Assembly (NCBI GenBank): GCA_012295275.1
Contig: CM022673.1
Span: 16,182,001 to 16,246,000 of the forward strand
Length of the DNA stretch: 64,000 nucleotides
Direction: 5' to 3'
Source: Chrysomallon squamiferum
Lineage: Eukaryota > Animalia > Mollusca
The translations under genes and the position numbers were made by a program. Under the pieces are notes generated by a model. The model worked only from the letters and a program-made list of their open reading frames with translations. It was not told the origin of the DNA and made no database searches. Each line of letters starts with the position of its first letter. Position 1 is the stretch's first letter. This document shows, one piece after another, positions 1 through 15,324 of this stretch.

Positions 1-1047
1 ATTCTAGGGGAGGTAAATATCAGTGAGGAAAAGAAAATCAGACCTGCGTCTCACCACAATACAAGCTTGTTGGTTTGCATGAATAATTCATTACAAGTTT
101 GTAGCTTTTCCTTCATCATCATAAATGTTACGTTTTGCTTTGGGCAAAAGCATAAAATAATAATATTAAGATAAAAGAAAAGAAATTTTTTTGAGGCACC
201 ACAAGTTTCAGTGTGATAAATTAATGATGTTAATTATAAAAGAAGATTTTTAAAAGACTTTTCACTTCTGTGAGAATATTTTATTTTATTGTTATTTAGT
301 CATTGACAACTGTCAGTTTATAATTTACATATTCATTTAATATCCATTACAAATTTTTACTTATTTTTGAAACAAAAGGAATAGTAACTTTTAATTTTAG
401 GTAGAACATTTTTTTTTTAAAATTGTATTACTTCTGTAAAATCACCATTTTCAAATTTACAGTTTTATAAAAAATAAAATTAATAATCACTTTCAATCCT
501 GATAGTTTTATTTTATTTATTTATTTGTTTATTTATAAATTAATTGTACCACCGTTTGTATTTTTTATTACAAAAACAATATTATAAAAAGTATTTATTT
601 TCATTCAAATAATTCCTGAAAAAAACAAAACAATAAAAAATAAATAAATAAATAAATAACAATATAGCTTATTTTGTTTGATAAATGTTTTTAAATGTAA
701 TAATAGTACAGCCATTTTTATTTTCTGCCTAATAAATGTTTTAAAAAGTTAATGCATGAATTTACATATTCAGTACAGTTCACCTTTTCTTTAATTTTTT
801 TTTGAAAAAGGTTTTAAAAAAAGAACTCTACCCTTTTTAAAATTCAAATGTCTTTCTGTTTACCAGACCTGAATACCTAATGACACCAAGAGCATACATC
901 CAACATGATGACCTTAGCATAAATGTAAAATCAATCCAGTGAAATTATATTTAAATATTATACTACAATTTTTATTTTTTTTAAATCTCTGTTTGAGATA
1001 ATCTAAAATTATATATAACATTACAGATATCAGTATACTGGAATTTT

Positions 1048-1078
<31 letters not shown>

Positions 1079-2229
1079 CCCCAAAGTTTAAAATTACAGT
1101 TTTTAACTTTTTTTAACCTGTATCATTTTACACTCCATAATATCTTTATATTCTACTATAAAAGTTTTATATTTTTTAACTTATTAAAACTAGATGATAA
1201 GAGACATTATTATCACTGTAATTTACTGTTCTTAAAATTTAAAAATTATCAGTGATTATCTATTATTAGTTTCTAATATTTTATAGCTATATTCTTGCTA
1301 CTTTAAATAACTGGTTACTGTATTAAGATAACAGTTTCATCCAAATTCTAAATACATTCCTAAATAAGACAAAAGGCATATGAAATTAACTGTTTTGTTT
1401 CCAAACTCAAGAATAGCAAATAAATGCTTACTGATTTTGTTTCAGCAGACAAATACTATACATTACATAACAAAATTAATAATAATAAATTTCTGTTATC
1501 TTTTAAATTAAAACTGTTTATGTTAACAGTCTTTTAAGATCTAAACCAACAATTAAATGTAGCAACACTGAACACTGTATGTAAATAACAAGTAATTTAC
1601 TGAAGTGAAAATAGATCCATCCCAAAGAGTTACATTTTGGTCAGTGACAGAAGATATAGAAATTCATCTTGACATCATATCTCACCATTGTTTATAATGA
1701 TTGCAGATAAATATATTTTATTCAAATTTGAATTTACAATCATTAACTTTTAAATCCTTTATGAATAATACAGTAAATATATAAATGACCAGTTTATGTT
1801 AAAAGTGTCGCAAATATATTCTATCAATTGTAACAAATAGCATTTTATAATTTTAAATTTTATTTTCTGTTTAGATAAATATTTTTACCATTTTGACATT
1901 TTACAAAATTTTAAACAGTTCTAATGATGTTATTCTAACTCTAGATTTTAATACAATTTAAATTTGTACTTTTTACTTTTTTTTACTGTCTGAATGATCT
2001 TTTTTTCACTTTTACATTTCATATATTTTGTAAATACATTTCATTTTAAATTTTTATAAATATATATATATTTTTTTTAAATTTCACTTCACTTAACATA
2101 AGTTATAAACTTCATTTTCTCATAATTTCAGACTTTCTACATTGATATTTTACCACTACATTGTTTAAATAAAATGAAAAATAATTCAATAAATATTTTA
2201 CTCTGCTCTCACATATATAAAAGAATTAC

Positions 2230-2310
2230 CTTTGATTTTCATATCATGGTCAAACTTTGGCTTTAAGATTTTGCCTTTTTAACCCACTGTGATAAGTGGT
2301 ATGTATCTGC
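2230..2310 (-). ncRNA. Candidate non-coding internal exon
   Basis: Acceptor ctttccatttgtcag| and donor AAG|GTAATT; stops in all three frames, although an open ATG AAA ATC AAA G lies at its 3' end. Confidence 0.33.
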
Positions 2311-4557
2311 CTGACAAATGGAAAGATATACTACATATAGTCTTACCATTATATAATCAGTTATTTATTACTTGCAACTGATTTATCAAAGACAGTGGTA
2401 TGTTTTTTCTAACTGTAATGATTTAAAAATATCCTTTGCTATTAATTTTTAGATTTTCCCATTCCAGCCATTGGCTTTATCAATGACCATTCTACAGAAT
2501 CATAAAAAGAAATTCAAAAAATGTTCTGGCAATGTACAAACATAACCCTGGATACAGAATATTTCCTATCATTATGCTGTACAAAAGAAATATTTAAACA
2601 AATATCAATTCTTCCTTTTAAAGGTAACAATAACAGGATTCTTTGTTTTCCACAGGAGACTCCAATTTTCTGATTTTCTTTTCTTGTTTCTAAATTTTTA
2701 AAGCATCTTTTTTTCCCCTCATGTATTTGAAAACCAAATATCTAAACAGAGATAAGTTATAAACTCTGGCATTAAGTCTGTTACATTTTGTCATCTTATA
2801 ATCCCAGGAGTGTCAGTAACAAATCCCACACTGTCAGAATTTCCAATCTTTGTCACTTGCTGTATGCTAACATTATCCTGTCAGAAAACAGTTACTGCAT
2901 CTTTTTTTCTTATTTCTCTATTTTCTGATACTCTTGTACCACTAAGTTTTATGTGAAAATACATTTGTGTGTGTGTGTGTGCACGTCTGCATGCATCTGT
3001 GTCTAGGTGTGTGTATGTATGTATGAGAGCATCTGTTCCACATTATTTTTGAATATTTATATAATTTATTTCAGCTTATGTCATAAAAGAAAGTTTTCAA
3101 AAAAACCATTTTAAAATTAATGTCAGATTTTAATTGTATGTTTTAGTAAAGAAGAAACCTGCTCTTCATTAGCTTCTCTTTATCAAGCAGAAAGTTAATA
3201 TACACTTTACTTACAACCTTTGACAGTCATGATATGCACTGAATGAATTCCAACATGAAAGACAGTCTGACAGGCAGCCAGACAGATGGACAGAGAGAGA
3301 CACATAACCATTGGTAAATACTTGTATTAGGTAAATACTTGTAACTTACTTTGTTTGTTTGTTTGTTGTTTTGGTTTTTTTTTTTTAATATGTTAATTTT
3401 TGTTTTTGTTTTGTTTTATTTTAATTTGTTTGAGGGGGGTTTCCTAAACAATAATACATTTTTTTTATTATTTAATTTTATTATTATTATTATTATTTTT
3501 TAAAAAAAAAAAAGAAGAAGAAAAAGAAGAAAATCAAAAATAGATTTGCTTTAATTAAAGTGCTAACAATGTTTGTGATACAAATTTACTACCTTCCTTC
3601 TAGCCAAATAAGAAAAGCCAGACAATTCAATTTCACACTCTGTGAAAGTGACCAAAGAAAATCTCCATCAAAACATCCTCTACCAATTACTTCAAGCATT
3701 CCACCCCAAACACCCTCGGGTCACATTGTTTTAAGTCTTGTTTCATTATTTTGACCATTTTAAGTTCTGGTTCATGTTCTAAACTTTATTCACCATTTTG
3801 AACTTGTTCCATTGTTTTAAAACTTGTTTTCATTGTTTTAATCTTGTTTCAGGAAACAAAACATTTAATAACTCTAAATTAAGTACATTTGCACTCCATT
3901 TCAAATAAATTACAAATAAATGTACTGTCAAATATCTGAAAAAACTAAAATTATTTAAATAAAAGATAAAGTACAAACTGTATACTAATGATTAGAAAAA
4001 AATTAGAATATATTTAACAAAAATCAAAAAAAATATATATATAAAAAATTATACAAGATTTATAACACACACCACCAAAAAAAACCCACCTAAAGAGAAA
4101 TTACTTTTTCTTCTTTTGTTTTCTTTTTTGTTTAACATTTCTTTCAATAATATAAAAAAGAAAAAACATGATAAAAAATATTATGTCTCTTCTTCTAACA
4201 ATTAATTTTTATCGTTATTGCACCCACTTATATAACAGATGCATTTGTAATTCAAGAAAATTCTGAAAGAAGCCAGGTTTTTATTTTACATATGGGTAAT
4301 CACAAAGAAAGTAAGAGATACACCATCAGAAATGAAATAAAATGAAAATTAATCACCGAAATAATAACTACTATGAAATCATTATGAACTGACAAACACA
4401 GAACTACATAGTTTCTGTGCATGTTTTAGATTCTTCATTACTTAATGATATTCCTGTTGTTTTCTTTGAGGATTAAAGCTATTTTTAAATGTAATTTATT
4501 TATATTTAAACTTTCCACAAGCATGTTTAAAACAGTTGGCATAGGACAGAAATTTAA

Positions 4558-4605
<48 letters not shown>

Positions 4606-4732
4606 TTCAAAAAAAGACACAAAACTCCGTAATATGTCATTAAACTGACCCTAAATTCAGTTTAAACTTATATAAATTTTTCTCCAGTAAGAAGCCTCTA
4701 TTGGCTATCCCAGTCACCCACTTGTAATTTAC

Positions 4733-4913
4733 CTTAGTCTGTCCAAGTATTTCACAATATCACTCACACTGTCATCTTCTAACAACAGATCTGTGATTGT
4801 ATGCGTGACTGTGTTTTCTAATAATTCACACTGAGCATATACATAAAACTACTTCATCAATCAGTCAGTTTAATAAAATACAACATCAGGTATTCACCGG
4901 AAACAGTGAAACT
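4733..4913 (-). ncRNA. Candidate non-coding internal exon (lncRNA or 5' UTR)
   Basis: Strong acceptor tttctttccttccctcag| and donor AAG|GTAAAT; stops in all three frames. Confidence 0.4.
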
Positions 4914-4974
4914 CTGAGGGAAGGAAAGAAAAAAAGCTTTAGTTAATGAATGAATGACACAGTTTATGTCAGCC

Positions 4975-5150
4975 AGTTTTATTTAGTGATGCACTCAAAA
5001 CATACCACAATAAAGGGAGTATGGGTGTGTATCACAGTTTAAAGATAATAAAACAAGCTCCACTGCCACAAAGCTATGAGCCATTCTCTTTTGAATCAGC
5101 AATAAAGGATCATTCACAAGCACCTTCCTATTGTTAGCAAAGCACAGAGC
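4975..5150 (-). mobile_element. Decayed SINE remnant (resembles gastropod Nin/Deu-domain SINEs)
   Basis: ttttatttagtgatgcactcaaaacat...ctcttttgaatcagcaataaaggatcattcacaagcaccttcc resembles, from memory, the reverse complement of the mollusc SINE core and tail (..TGCATATAAAAGATCCCTTGCTGCTAAT..GAGTGCGTCGTTAAATAAA). Not verified by a search. Confidence 0.55.
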
Positions 5151-5348
5151 ATTATTTATTTTATAATCAACTCATGACTCTCAGAGACAGTGAAAAAGTC
5201 AGACAGACACAGAGAAACACAGACAAACTGACAGCAACAAAGAGCTGGTTACAGAAAAATCTGAACATTTCATTTTAAAAAGTAAATAAAGGGAAACAAC
5301 TCTAGGATGACTACTTCAAATTAATAAATGTTTTACTTATTACTTTAC

Positions 5349-5457
5349 CTTTAGTTTATTTCCACCATATGAGGATTCCCATATTTTTGCTTTAAATTCT
5401 TCTATTACATATTTCTGTCTTTATTTCTTGTTTTGCTGTCAAAGAAGGTTACTGTAT
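5349..5457 (-). ncRNA. Candidate non-coding internal exon (lncRNA or 5' UTR)
   Basis: Acceptor ttttatttacag| and donor AAG|GTAAAG; stops in all three frames. Confidence 0.4.
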
Positions 5458-5515
5458 CTGTAAATAAAATAACAATAAATAAATTATACAATACTGGTAC
5501 CAAAAGAGCAAACTG

Positions 5516-5552
<37 letters not shown>

Positions 5553-6359
5553 TTTAAATATGGCAAGTTCACTTTAAGTATGTGCATAAGTGAGCATGCA
5601 TACATATGTGTGTGTGTGTGTGTGTGTGTGAACATGCATATGTACATTTATGCATTTTAATTGAAGAAAAAAGAAATAGTATTTTAATGCAAATGATATA
5701 GAGAAATTTACGTAACTTAATACAAAACAGCTGTTGCCAATTAAGAATTATAAACAAAAAACATTTCAAATACAAATAAAATAATCAATAGCAAACAGCA
5801 GTATTGTGAAAACTAATCTAAAAACAATTTTTCAAGCTAAATGAGAGTAAGGAAGACAAAAACAAATTCAAATTATTTTTTAAGTATAAATACAAACTTT
5901 TAAGTATAAACAAATACTGATACCTTAACTAAAAATCTTTGATTCCACACAATGCCTTACAAATAATTTTTGAAAAACATGGTACATAACATTTAATGGG
6001 TGACAGAAATATATTTTCTAACATACTGTTTTTATATAAAAACATATTTATATCTGACATCATAATCTTTCCAAGTATCTGACACATGTATTTGTTTATT
6101 CAAATCTGAAATATGCTAAATGCATACAAATTATCGAATCGATATGCATAAAATAAACTTTGATGTCTGAAATTTACATCCAGAATTTATGTCTTGATTT
6201 CTAAACCTTGTGAAACTGATGTTATAATTATTATGTTATATGAGAGATGATTGGATTTTAAATTTAAAATTTTTTTTTTAAGTAATTAGAAATTTATAAA
6301 AGCTGTCTATAAAAAATTAAAAATTTACTTGATTTTCTTCACATCCTAGCACAAAATAA

Positions 6360-6409
<50 letters not shown>

Positions 6410-6421
6410 TGATGATGATGA
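6360..6421. repeat. (AAT)n(GAT)n compound microsatellite
   Basis: Seen directly. Confidence 0.95.
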
Positions 6422-9400
6422 GTACAGGCAGGATGAAAACAAAAATATATTTTGGGAGATTTTGTTTACTCTGTGTTTTGCCAAAAGCTCTAAAACATGT
6501 TTAACTAAATGTATTTAGCAAATCATGCTTAATTAGATGATATATAGGCAGTTTACTATGTGCATTTGACTGTATTATGTTTAGCAACAACAACAGTGAT
6601 AATAACAAAAACTATGATAACAACAATTATATCAACAGTAGTTGAAGTAGTAGGAGTTGTAGTAAGTAACAGTAGTCGTAAAAAAATAATAATATTGATT
6701 AATGATAATAATGAAAGAAACAGTAACAATAATAAAGAAACAGTAACAATAATAATAATAATGTTAACAGTGAAATATTATAAATAAAAATATTAACTGC
6801 AACAAAAAAAATAACAGCAACAGCAACCACTACAAAAATAAATTCTCCAAATGAAAGGGGTTTATACAACAAGGAATAAATGTTATGAATCAAATTACAT
6901 AAGGGGAATGTCTAGACAGAAATGTTGAGAAACAATAGAGAGAGAGAAAAAAAATCAACCTGGTAACTGCAACCCCCAACCCCAACACATACATATTTTG
7001 TAAGTAAAACTTCCCAATATCAATGCCCTTCCACATCTGTATGTTAGCTTATTACATCAAGCTGTAGAATCAAAGCCTGATAACTTCACCTGCAATATTA
7101 TCTTAGACACTAAACTTTCAGAGCTTGGTATATGATGGGATTGAGAAGGCTAAACGGGGGAAAAAAGTCCTAGGTATAGATTACATAAAAAGTGTGGTGT
7201 TTACTTAAGGTTAGGCAAGAATTTAGATGAACAAAATCTTGGAAACTAACTAAAATAGCTCAGTTTTGAATTTACAGTATTGTCTATGAAATAAACATTT
7301 CCTACCCACAATGCACTCCTCTGTGCAGCAGACATCAGCTTAGTAATAAATATATTTATCTATTTATTGAAGAAATATATTTATTGTAAAATATTTTAAA
7401 ACTGGAATGTTTCTTATTATTACAATTTTTTTCAGTGGAATTTAAACAAATAAATAAACATTTTGCTGTTATTTTTAGAAAATCATTATATTATTATTAT
7501 TATTATGATTATTATTATTATTATTATTATTACTAATTTCTTTGTTTACTATCAGATTCTTAATATAATCTTCACTTTTTTAAATAAATCAAACAGTATT
7601 TACATATAATAAATTCTCTTTTTAAGTTAAAAACGCATAATCATTAGATAATAATATAATAAAAAGAAACTCACTGCTGTCAAACTGATCAAACAGCAAG
7701 GTATCTTTTCAGAGAGATGTATTTACAAGTACAGCTTGAAGATCAAGATATTTTAAAATTACTATCACTGATATTTGGAGAAAAAAACAAATTTATTTAA
7801 TCTTTATAAAGCCCCAAAGCTAAGTTCATATTCTCATGCCATCCACCCACACACACATTGCCATGGTGACATCCCAAGGCTTGACAACCAATCTGTATTA
7901 ATTCTGATATGTAAATACATACAAGATTAAGAAAATGAAAGTTTTCATATAATAGCTTTAGATAATAAACTTTTAATTTATTTATTTATTTGAAAAACCA
8001 AGAGATATTTTTTAAAAATTTGTAAAAATAAAAATGCACTATAGTATAAAATAAAATTTTAATAATTTCAATTTAAAAACTACAACAAAAATAAACAAGC
8101 AAATAAAGAATTATGAATATATTAAAATAATTAAAATAGTAAATGAAATAAGTATTACATTGCCATTATAATATTAAAAACAAAAATATAAGATTTTTGT
8201 GTTTTTATTTATTTATTTATTTATTTTAATTTTAAGTACTCATATTTTATCATCTATAATGAAAATCATAAAAGGAATAATAATATAAAAAATTGAATGC
8301 CATCTGTCTTTATTTATTAAACTAAATTAAATACACATTTCAGCTTAATAAGAGAAACTACACTTTTAAGTAATGAAAATGCAAAAATGTAACAAATTTT
8401 ATGAATATTGCTATTTTGTCCCTAGACTATGAACAGTCACACAGATAGCATGTCAAATGCAAGCAAATCCCAACTGGAACTGCTAATAAAACAATCATGT
8501 AAAAGTTATTTTTAGTATCATTTGTAACAATTAAGGTCTTTTTAGCAAATAATATTTCACTGATTTTAGTGGGTTAATGAAGTTTTATTTTTTTTAATTT
8601 TTTTTTTTTTAAATTCTTTTCATCATGTTATTCCATCAGATTTTACTGGATAGAATCTGATAAAAGGATATAAATATTTTCTTTTCAAAATTATGTCTTT
8701 TTATTTATTAAAACAAACAATCAGAATGTACTGGACATAGATAAGTAAACCAAAATATAAAACTTTAAATCTAAAGCTAAAATCTAGCCTAATTATTCTT
8801 TTAAAAAAAATATATATTTAATAAAAATTTATTTTGATTATTTAAAACTGTGTTATGTCAAACCCACATATATGTTATATAAAAATAAAATAAAATAAAA
8901 TAAAAAGAAATGGATTATAGTAACACATTTTGAAAGTTTTTTCAAAACTTTAATTAAAAAAAAGATACTGATAATTAAAATTTCAATATTCATGTTGTAA
9001 ATATTTAGCATTTTAGTATAATAAATACACTTAACTTTATGTTATAATTATTATCCATAATGCAAAAAAAAAAAAAAAAAAAACTATGCATGTTTTTCTT
9101 AAATTTCTTTCTTTTATAATTAGTGTTAATATTACAACCATAGCTACTTCTACTATTATTTTTACACTTATTAATATTAATATTATTATTACTACTACTA
9201 ATACTAGTACAGCTGTTAATATTAATAATACTGTTTTTATGTTTATAATATTACTATTGTTTTTATGTTTATAATATTACTACTACTATTACTGGTAATA
9301 CTGCCAGACAAAAAAGAAAAGAAAGAAAGAAAGAAAAAAAAGAAAATAACTAAAAATAATTTTAAAAAAGTATAAAAAAGAAAAACCTGACAGTTTTACT

Positions 9401-10010
9401 AAGTTTTATCCTGTTAACAAATGACTTATCAAAAAATTGTCTTAGCAAAATAAACATTTCAGAACATTTTTAATTTGTATACAACACACAAAGGAAACCC
9501 TATACATATGACATCTACATACAGACACAAAAAAAAATACACTGGGATTTATACCCAACCCCCAAATCCCCAACATACACTCACAAAAACATGTACACAA
9601 AAGAAAAATATATAACATAAACATAAGAAAAGCACTTACCTACAAGACACATGAACATACACAGTGATATACATAACAAAAACATATACCAACAGGTGCT
9701 GAATAATTTCAAGTTGTTACTTATCTTTGTTAAGAAAAAGAGATGAAAGTTTCTCTTCTTTTTTTTTTCATACATCTTCCTCTCCCTCAGTCACACAAAC
9801 TATTATGTTCACACTCTTTCTTTCAAACAGAGACATGCATCCATGCACATGCAAAATACCAAAAACGTTCAAACACATATTCTTACACACCAACTCACAT
9901 ACAAATACTCAAATACACTAAGACATTCATGCAACCACATTCATACTCAGAAGAAACACAAAACACACACACAATTACATATTCACATACAAATACACAC
10001 ATTTAAACAC

Positions 10011-10029
<19 letters not shown>

Positions 10030-10055
<26 letters not shown>

Positions 10056-10312
10056 AGAAAGCAGTATTTACACAACAGTGGTGCTAAATGAGAAAACTGG
10101 TCTACCCCTCTCTCTGTCTCTCGCTCTATCTTTCCCTCACTTTACCTCTACCTCACTCATTATTCACACAAAATACAAACAAACACACACACACACACTC
10201 TTTCTGACACAAAAGGGAAAGCAGTATTTTTACAACACTGGTGTGAAATGAGCAAACTGATTTCCCTCCTCCTCTCTCACTTTACCTCTATCCCACTCAT
10301 TATTCACACAAA

Positions 10313-10378
<66 letters not shown>

Positions 10379-10580
10379 TCTGACACAAAAGAGAAAGCAG
10401 TATTTTTACAACACTGGTGCTAAATGAGCAAACTGGCTTCCTTTTCTCTTCCTTTTCTTTTTTCTCTCACTCACTCTATCTTAACCTCACTCATTCACAC
10501 AAAATACAAACACACTCACACAAACATACACACACTTTCTGACAGTATTTATACAACACTGGTACTAAGTGAGCAAATTG
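10030..10580. repeat. Minisatellite, ~160-175 bp unit with embedded (CA)n, ~3.5 copies
   Basis: Recurrent cacaaaagRgaaagcagtattt..acaacactggtgctaaatgagcaaactg...ctcactcattattcacacaaaatac starting near 10049, 10209 and 10385, with a partial copy near 10540. Confidence 0.9.
10314..10376. repeat. (CA)n microsatellite
   Basis: Long pure CA run. Confidence 0.97.
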
Positions 10581-13500
10581 GTCTGAGCAAAATGTCAAGC
10601 AGTACAGTTTTGATGTCATATGACAAAACATCAACACTCTAATACCAATAACCATGCGCTCATCTATTGATTTTCTATACACACTGAGAACCATGTCAAG
10701 TGATAGACACACAAATATTATTTATATGCGTTACAGCTACAATGTGTTTGCTATGCTATAAGCTATGCAATATTTGTATTTGGTGTACAATTCATAATTC
10801 ATTTTTCTTTGCTTATCAATTTTTATTTTCTTAATTCTTATTTTATTTGATATTCTTTATTTATTTATTTAATTTTTAAAATTATTTAACTTTATTTTAT
10901 TCAAGTATCTCCTAGCTATCCTATTTAAAAATGATTACAAAATAAATATTAACATCTAATGATTTTGATGGAGAAAGTCGGTTAATAAATAATATTAAAA
11001 ACACTAATAAGATTTGGTAGTAGCTGCCATTATTGTCAAGGTTATGGGATCAAATTCTTTTATCACCTTTAATCAAAAATGAATTTTCAAAACAAGCTTC
11101 CTTTTGTCATAATCTAATACCATACACAATATTTTCTAATCCAAGTCTGTAGTATTTACTTAAGTGTGATATAATAATAGCAGGTTACAGCTAATCAGTG
11201 AAGCACTTGTATGTGGCTTTCCTTTTCCAGCCATGAACTTTGAAAAATAAATTACACAACTAAAAACTAAAATTTGTTTCTAACCATGGGATGGCATATA
11301 TAAGAAAACATCTTTTGCTAATAACAGGACCAACTACCAAGAGACAAAGATTTGAAAACAAAATCATGACACTGTTATTTATTATCTGTGTTGAGATGTA
11401 ATTTGTTCTTTAAGTTAACACCCTGGGCAAGAATTTGAAGAAGCCAAAGCATTAGTTGAGAGTACTAAATATCTTCCAATTCGTTCAAAATATTAATCGT
11501 ATGACATAAAAGGGACAGCGTGAAACTAGAACGCTCATTAACAGACAGCACAAAACCATGATTTCTACAGCAGCTAACAAAAAAATAAATCTTCCTGTAT
11601 TGATTGCGCAAATAGGTGAAGCAATGGCAACATTTAATCTGCAGAATGGTTTTGTCGAAACCACTCTCAGGCAGGAAAAATCTTAACTTAATTTGCTGCA
11701 ACTGCAAACACTAACAAAATAGCAAGCAAAAAAAAAATTAAAAAAATTTAAAATTAAAAAGTAAATTGATTTATTTTATGGTAAGCTAAACATCTAACCT
11801 GAAACTGTATTCGATACAAAAGATTAGATTTGATGTATTAAATCTAAGGTGGGGAAAATTGTTATACAGCTGCAAAAATATAATTTAAATTTCATATACA
11901 TGCAAGCATGCACACATGCACGCGCGCACGCACACACACACACACACACACACTGTGTATATAATATTACATTTAATTGTATATCTGTATGTCTATGTGA
12001 GCTTGTTCATGTTTTCAAGGGGGCTGTTTATGTATATTTCGATTTCTATCTTTATCTATTTCTCTCTCTTATTTAGAAACACACTTGCATGTGCACACAG
12101 CTCTATATGGTATAACCCAACAGTTCTTAGACCCACACAGATAGTTTTAATTTTTAAAAAAAGCACTTGATATGTAAAAAACTTTGTTGAACACTTTCAG
12201 ACACAAATACACACACAGACAAACAGGCAAATACATCTGTATGTCTTAGATGTACATGATTTTGGTTTTGTTAGTATATAATCATGTCTAAAAAAAAAAT
12301 AATAATAAAACAAAATTAAAAGGAAAAAATAATCATGAAATGGAGCATGGGAACAATTTGTTTTGAGGTATCAGTAATAAGTATACAATTTCCCACAGAA
12401 CTTATTATAAGCAGCAAGTGAAAGAACAGGACTGTGGATTAACAATCTGACACATCCTTTATCAATCATGTTATAATGAATAAAAATAATTTGGTCAATG
12501 TTGTTTTTCCTTTTATTCTAGTCAGTAACAAAACACAACAGTAATGTATAATATTATCAATACCCTTGATTTTCTTAAAAGTAACTGCAACTGAAAAAAG
12601 TATTTAATGTATGTTCTTAAAAAATTTCTTTAAAATGAAGGAAATTTTTTTACACATACATACATGGACATACATAATATACAGACATTTATAACCACTG
12701 TTTTCTAAATTTATGCACAAATGCAAATAATTTTTTTTTTTTTTCTTATTATCAATAAACTTGTGGAGACAAATTAAGCTAATGTAAATATTTAGATTTC
12801 AGTGACTTGAAAAAGTTTACCTATTAAAAAAAACCTGAAAGAATTTACTTTCTGGATATGAAATGAAAATATAAAAATTATTTACAATGCAAATTTTTCA
12901 TAATTTCAGATTCACACTTAATAAATATAATTTTATTTTCAAAAATAATTTATTTATTAATAAATTTAGTAATTCTTTTAATTATTAGATTTTTTATTAT
13001 TACTTTAACATTATTAATGTTATTGTTTTGTTATTATTATTGTTATTATTGTTGTTATTATTATTATTATTATTTTAACATTATTGTTGTTAACAATACT
13101 TCCCTGATATCACCGTCATCATCATCATTATTAATTAGATTGTTACCAAGTTTTTATTACAATTATTTGGCATTTTATTTACTGATTTATTTTGCTATTT
13201 ATTTATTCTTCAATTGCCACTGTTCTTACTTTTTGTTTTACTATCGGTTATGCAAAATAAACAATTTTACTCATCAAGCAAAACAAGGAAAGAAGAAAAA
13301 AATGTTTAGAAAAGAGAGAAGTTAAAACAAAGGACAAAAATACATTGCCATAAATAACAAGAATGTTAGCAAGGTCGACAACAATAATCTTAATCTTTAA
13401 TGAATGTAAAAAAAAAAAAAAATATAAAAAAAAAAAAAAAACAGAGTGTCAAATACAGAAGTAATAAAAAAAAAACATTCTTCTTTTCCATTTTTTAAAT

Positions 13501-15324
13501 TCTGTTTTTTTAAATTCTATTTTTAAAAAAAAAAAAAGTGGAGTTCTAAATGCTATAAATTTACAAAATCAGGTCAGCAAACGTGTAAAATTAAAAAAAA
13601 AAAAATGGAAGCTATTCTCTGAGAACATGCTGTGCACAGATGATATTGATGTTGTCAAGTACTAGAGTACTACAGTGACCTAGCTCAAATATTCCTAAAC
13701 AGTTCCATCATGCTGTACTTCAAGTCTTCTTGTTTTCTTTTAACAAGTCCTTTCAGAAAGAAGTCAGGATGAGAATAGTTGGCACGTTTGTTTAAAACAA
13801 TAAATGTATATGAATATAGTGTGTGCATGTGCATATGTGTGCACATGAATGTTTGTGTGTGTGTTCTTGATCTTTATTAACAAGTTATTTTAGAACATAG
13901 TTGAGGATAAAAATAAATGTCTTGTTTTTCAGTTTAGATGAATTTGGAGTATGTGTGTATACATATATGTTTGTTCACAACACAGTTAACACACTCTTGA
14001 TCTTTTCTAGCATTAATTATGTCAAAATTTCTTTACACAAAGTCATTATCTAATTAAAATATTACTATAAATATTTGCTGTATTTTGCTATTGTAACTGG
14101 GAATAAATATACCAAAATATCAAGTGAATGTATATGCATTAACTCTTCAATATATAGACTAACATATATTTTCTAACAGAGCAGTTCTTTGCTGTATCTA
14201 TAATCAATGCACTATAAATAAACAGAAACATTGTGAATAAAAACTGAATACATATTTAATGAGTAATCCATTACATTACACACATCATCAGTCTGTGTAG
14301 ATATTGTATACTACACTACTCGGTTTACTGCATAACTGGTTAACAATGTACTGTTCATCAATTGTCTTTTAATATCTGAATAATGTTAAAGAACTCTACA
14401 CAAACTGAGTACCCAAATTCTAAATTGATTTGCTGTTAAATTATGTATCTAAACATATTTTTTTTTTCTTTTTTTTTTTTGAGATCATTTGTGTATTTCT
14501 ATTACCAGGTGAAAAATAATAATAAATCCATGAAAACTGAAATAAGTCTAAAGCCTTGCTCTTGTTTCTAACAAATGGAAATTCACACAAAAAAGTTAAC
14601 ATATTTCAAATACAATGAATGTTACACACTGGACAAACCTTCACTTTCACACAAAATATTTTTCAAGAAGGAAAAAAAAGAAAAAAGAAAAAGAAACTGC
14701 TCTAATCCATATATAATAAAGAAAGAGAGAAAGCACAAAAAAAAAAAAAAACCCAGCAACATAAAAGAAAAATAAAGTGAGCCAAGAAACTCTTCCCTGA
14801 CCGAATTAATACTTTTTTCTTTCTTTCTCTCAACTCTAGAAACAGAATCTAAAAGCAGTTAATAAAAGCTGAGAAACAAAATTGCCGCAGTTTTCAATAA
14901 AAGGAGGCAGTGGAAGTTGAAAGAACAACATGAAGTAAGCGAGATGTTTGAAAAAAGAAATGTCGCTTTTTGTTCGCTGGTTTTGTAAAAAGTAACACAC
15001 AATCGTACACTTCCTGCACAATGCAAACACTCAGGTCAGACTTCAGTCAGCTGACTGCTGACAAATTCAGATTCTAATAAAAAAATATCTGCATTATATT
15101 CTCAAATAAATAAATAAAATAAATTAAATAAAATTCAAAATCAGCATACATTAATATATTCCCAAAGACGTAAGATATATAGCATGTTTATATATTTTTT
15201 TAAATATGCTTTTAATTTTTGATTTGAATTCATGAAATAATTTAAATATTATATTTGCATTGTAATAATAATAACAGTAATGAACTACCTATACTGATGT
15301 AGTCAACCCTCCCATGTTACATAA

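Noticed and set aside
2347-2576. Minus-strand exon candidate (gtacag| ... ATG|GTAAGA)
   Set aside because: It would leave only a 36-nt intron before exon 2230-2310 and overlaps a SINE-like relic; not supportable.
4733-4847. Open minus frame FYVYAQCELLENTVTHTITDLLLEDDSVSDIVKYLDRLR suggesting a coding exon or pseudogene
   Set aside because: Preceded by an in-frame TAG, with no ATG and no recognisable homology.
9727-10712. Several His/Thr- and Cys/Val-rich ORFs
   Set aside because: They are products of (CA)n and the minisatellite.
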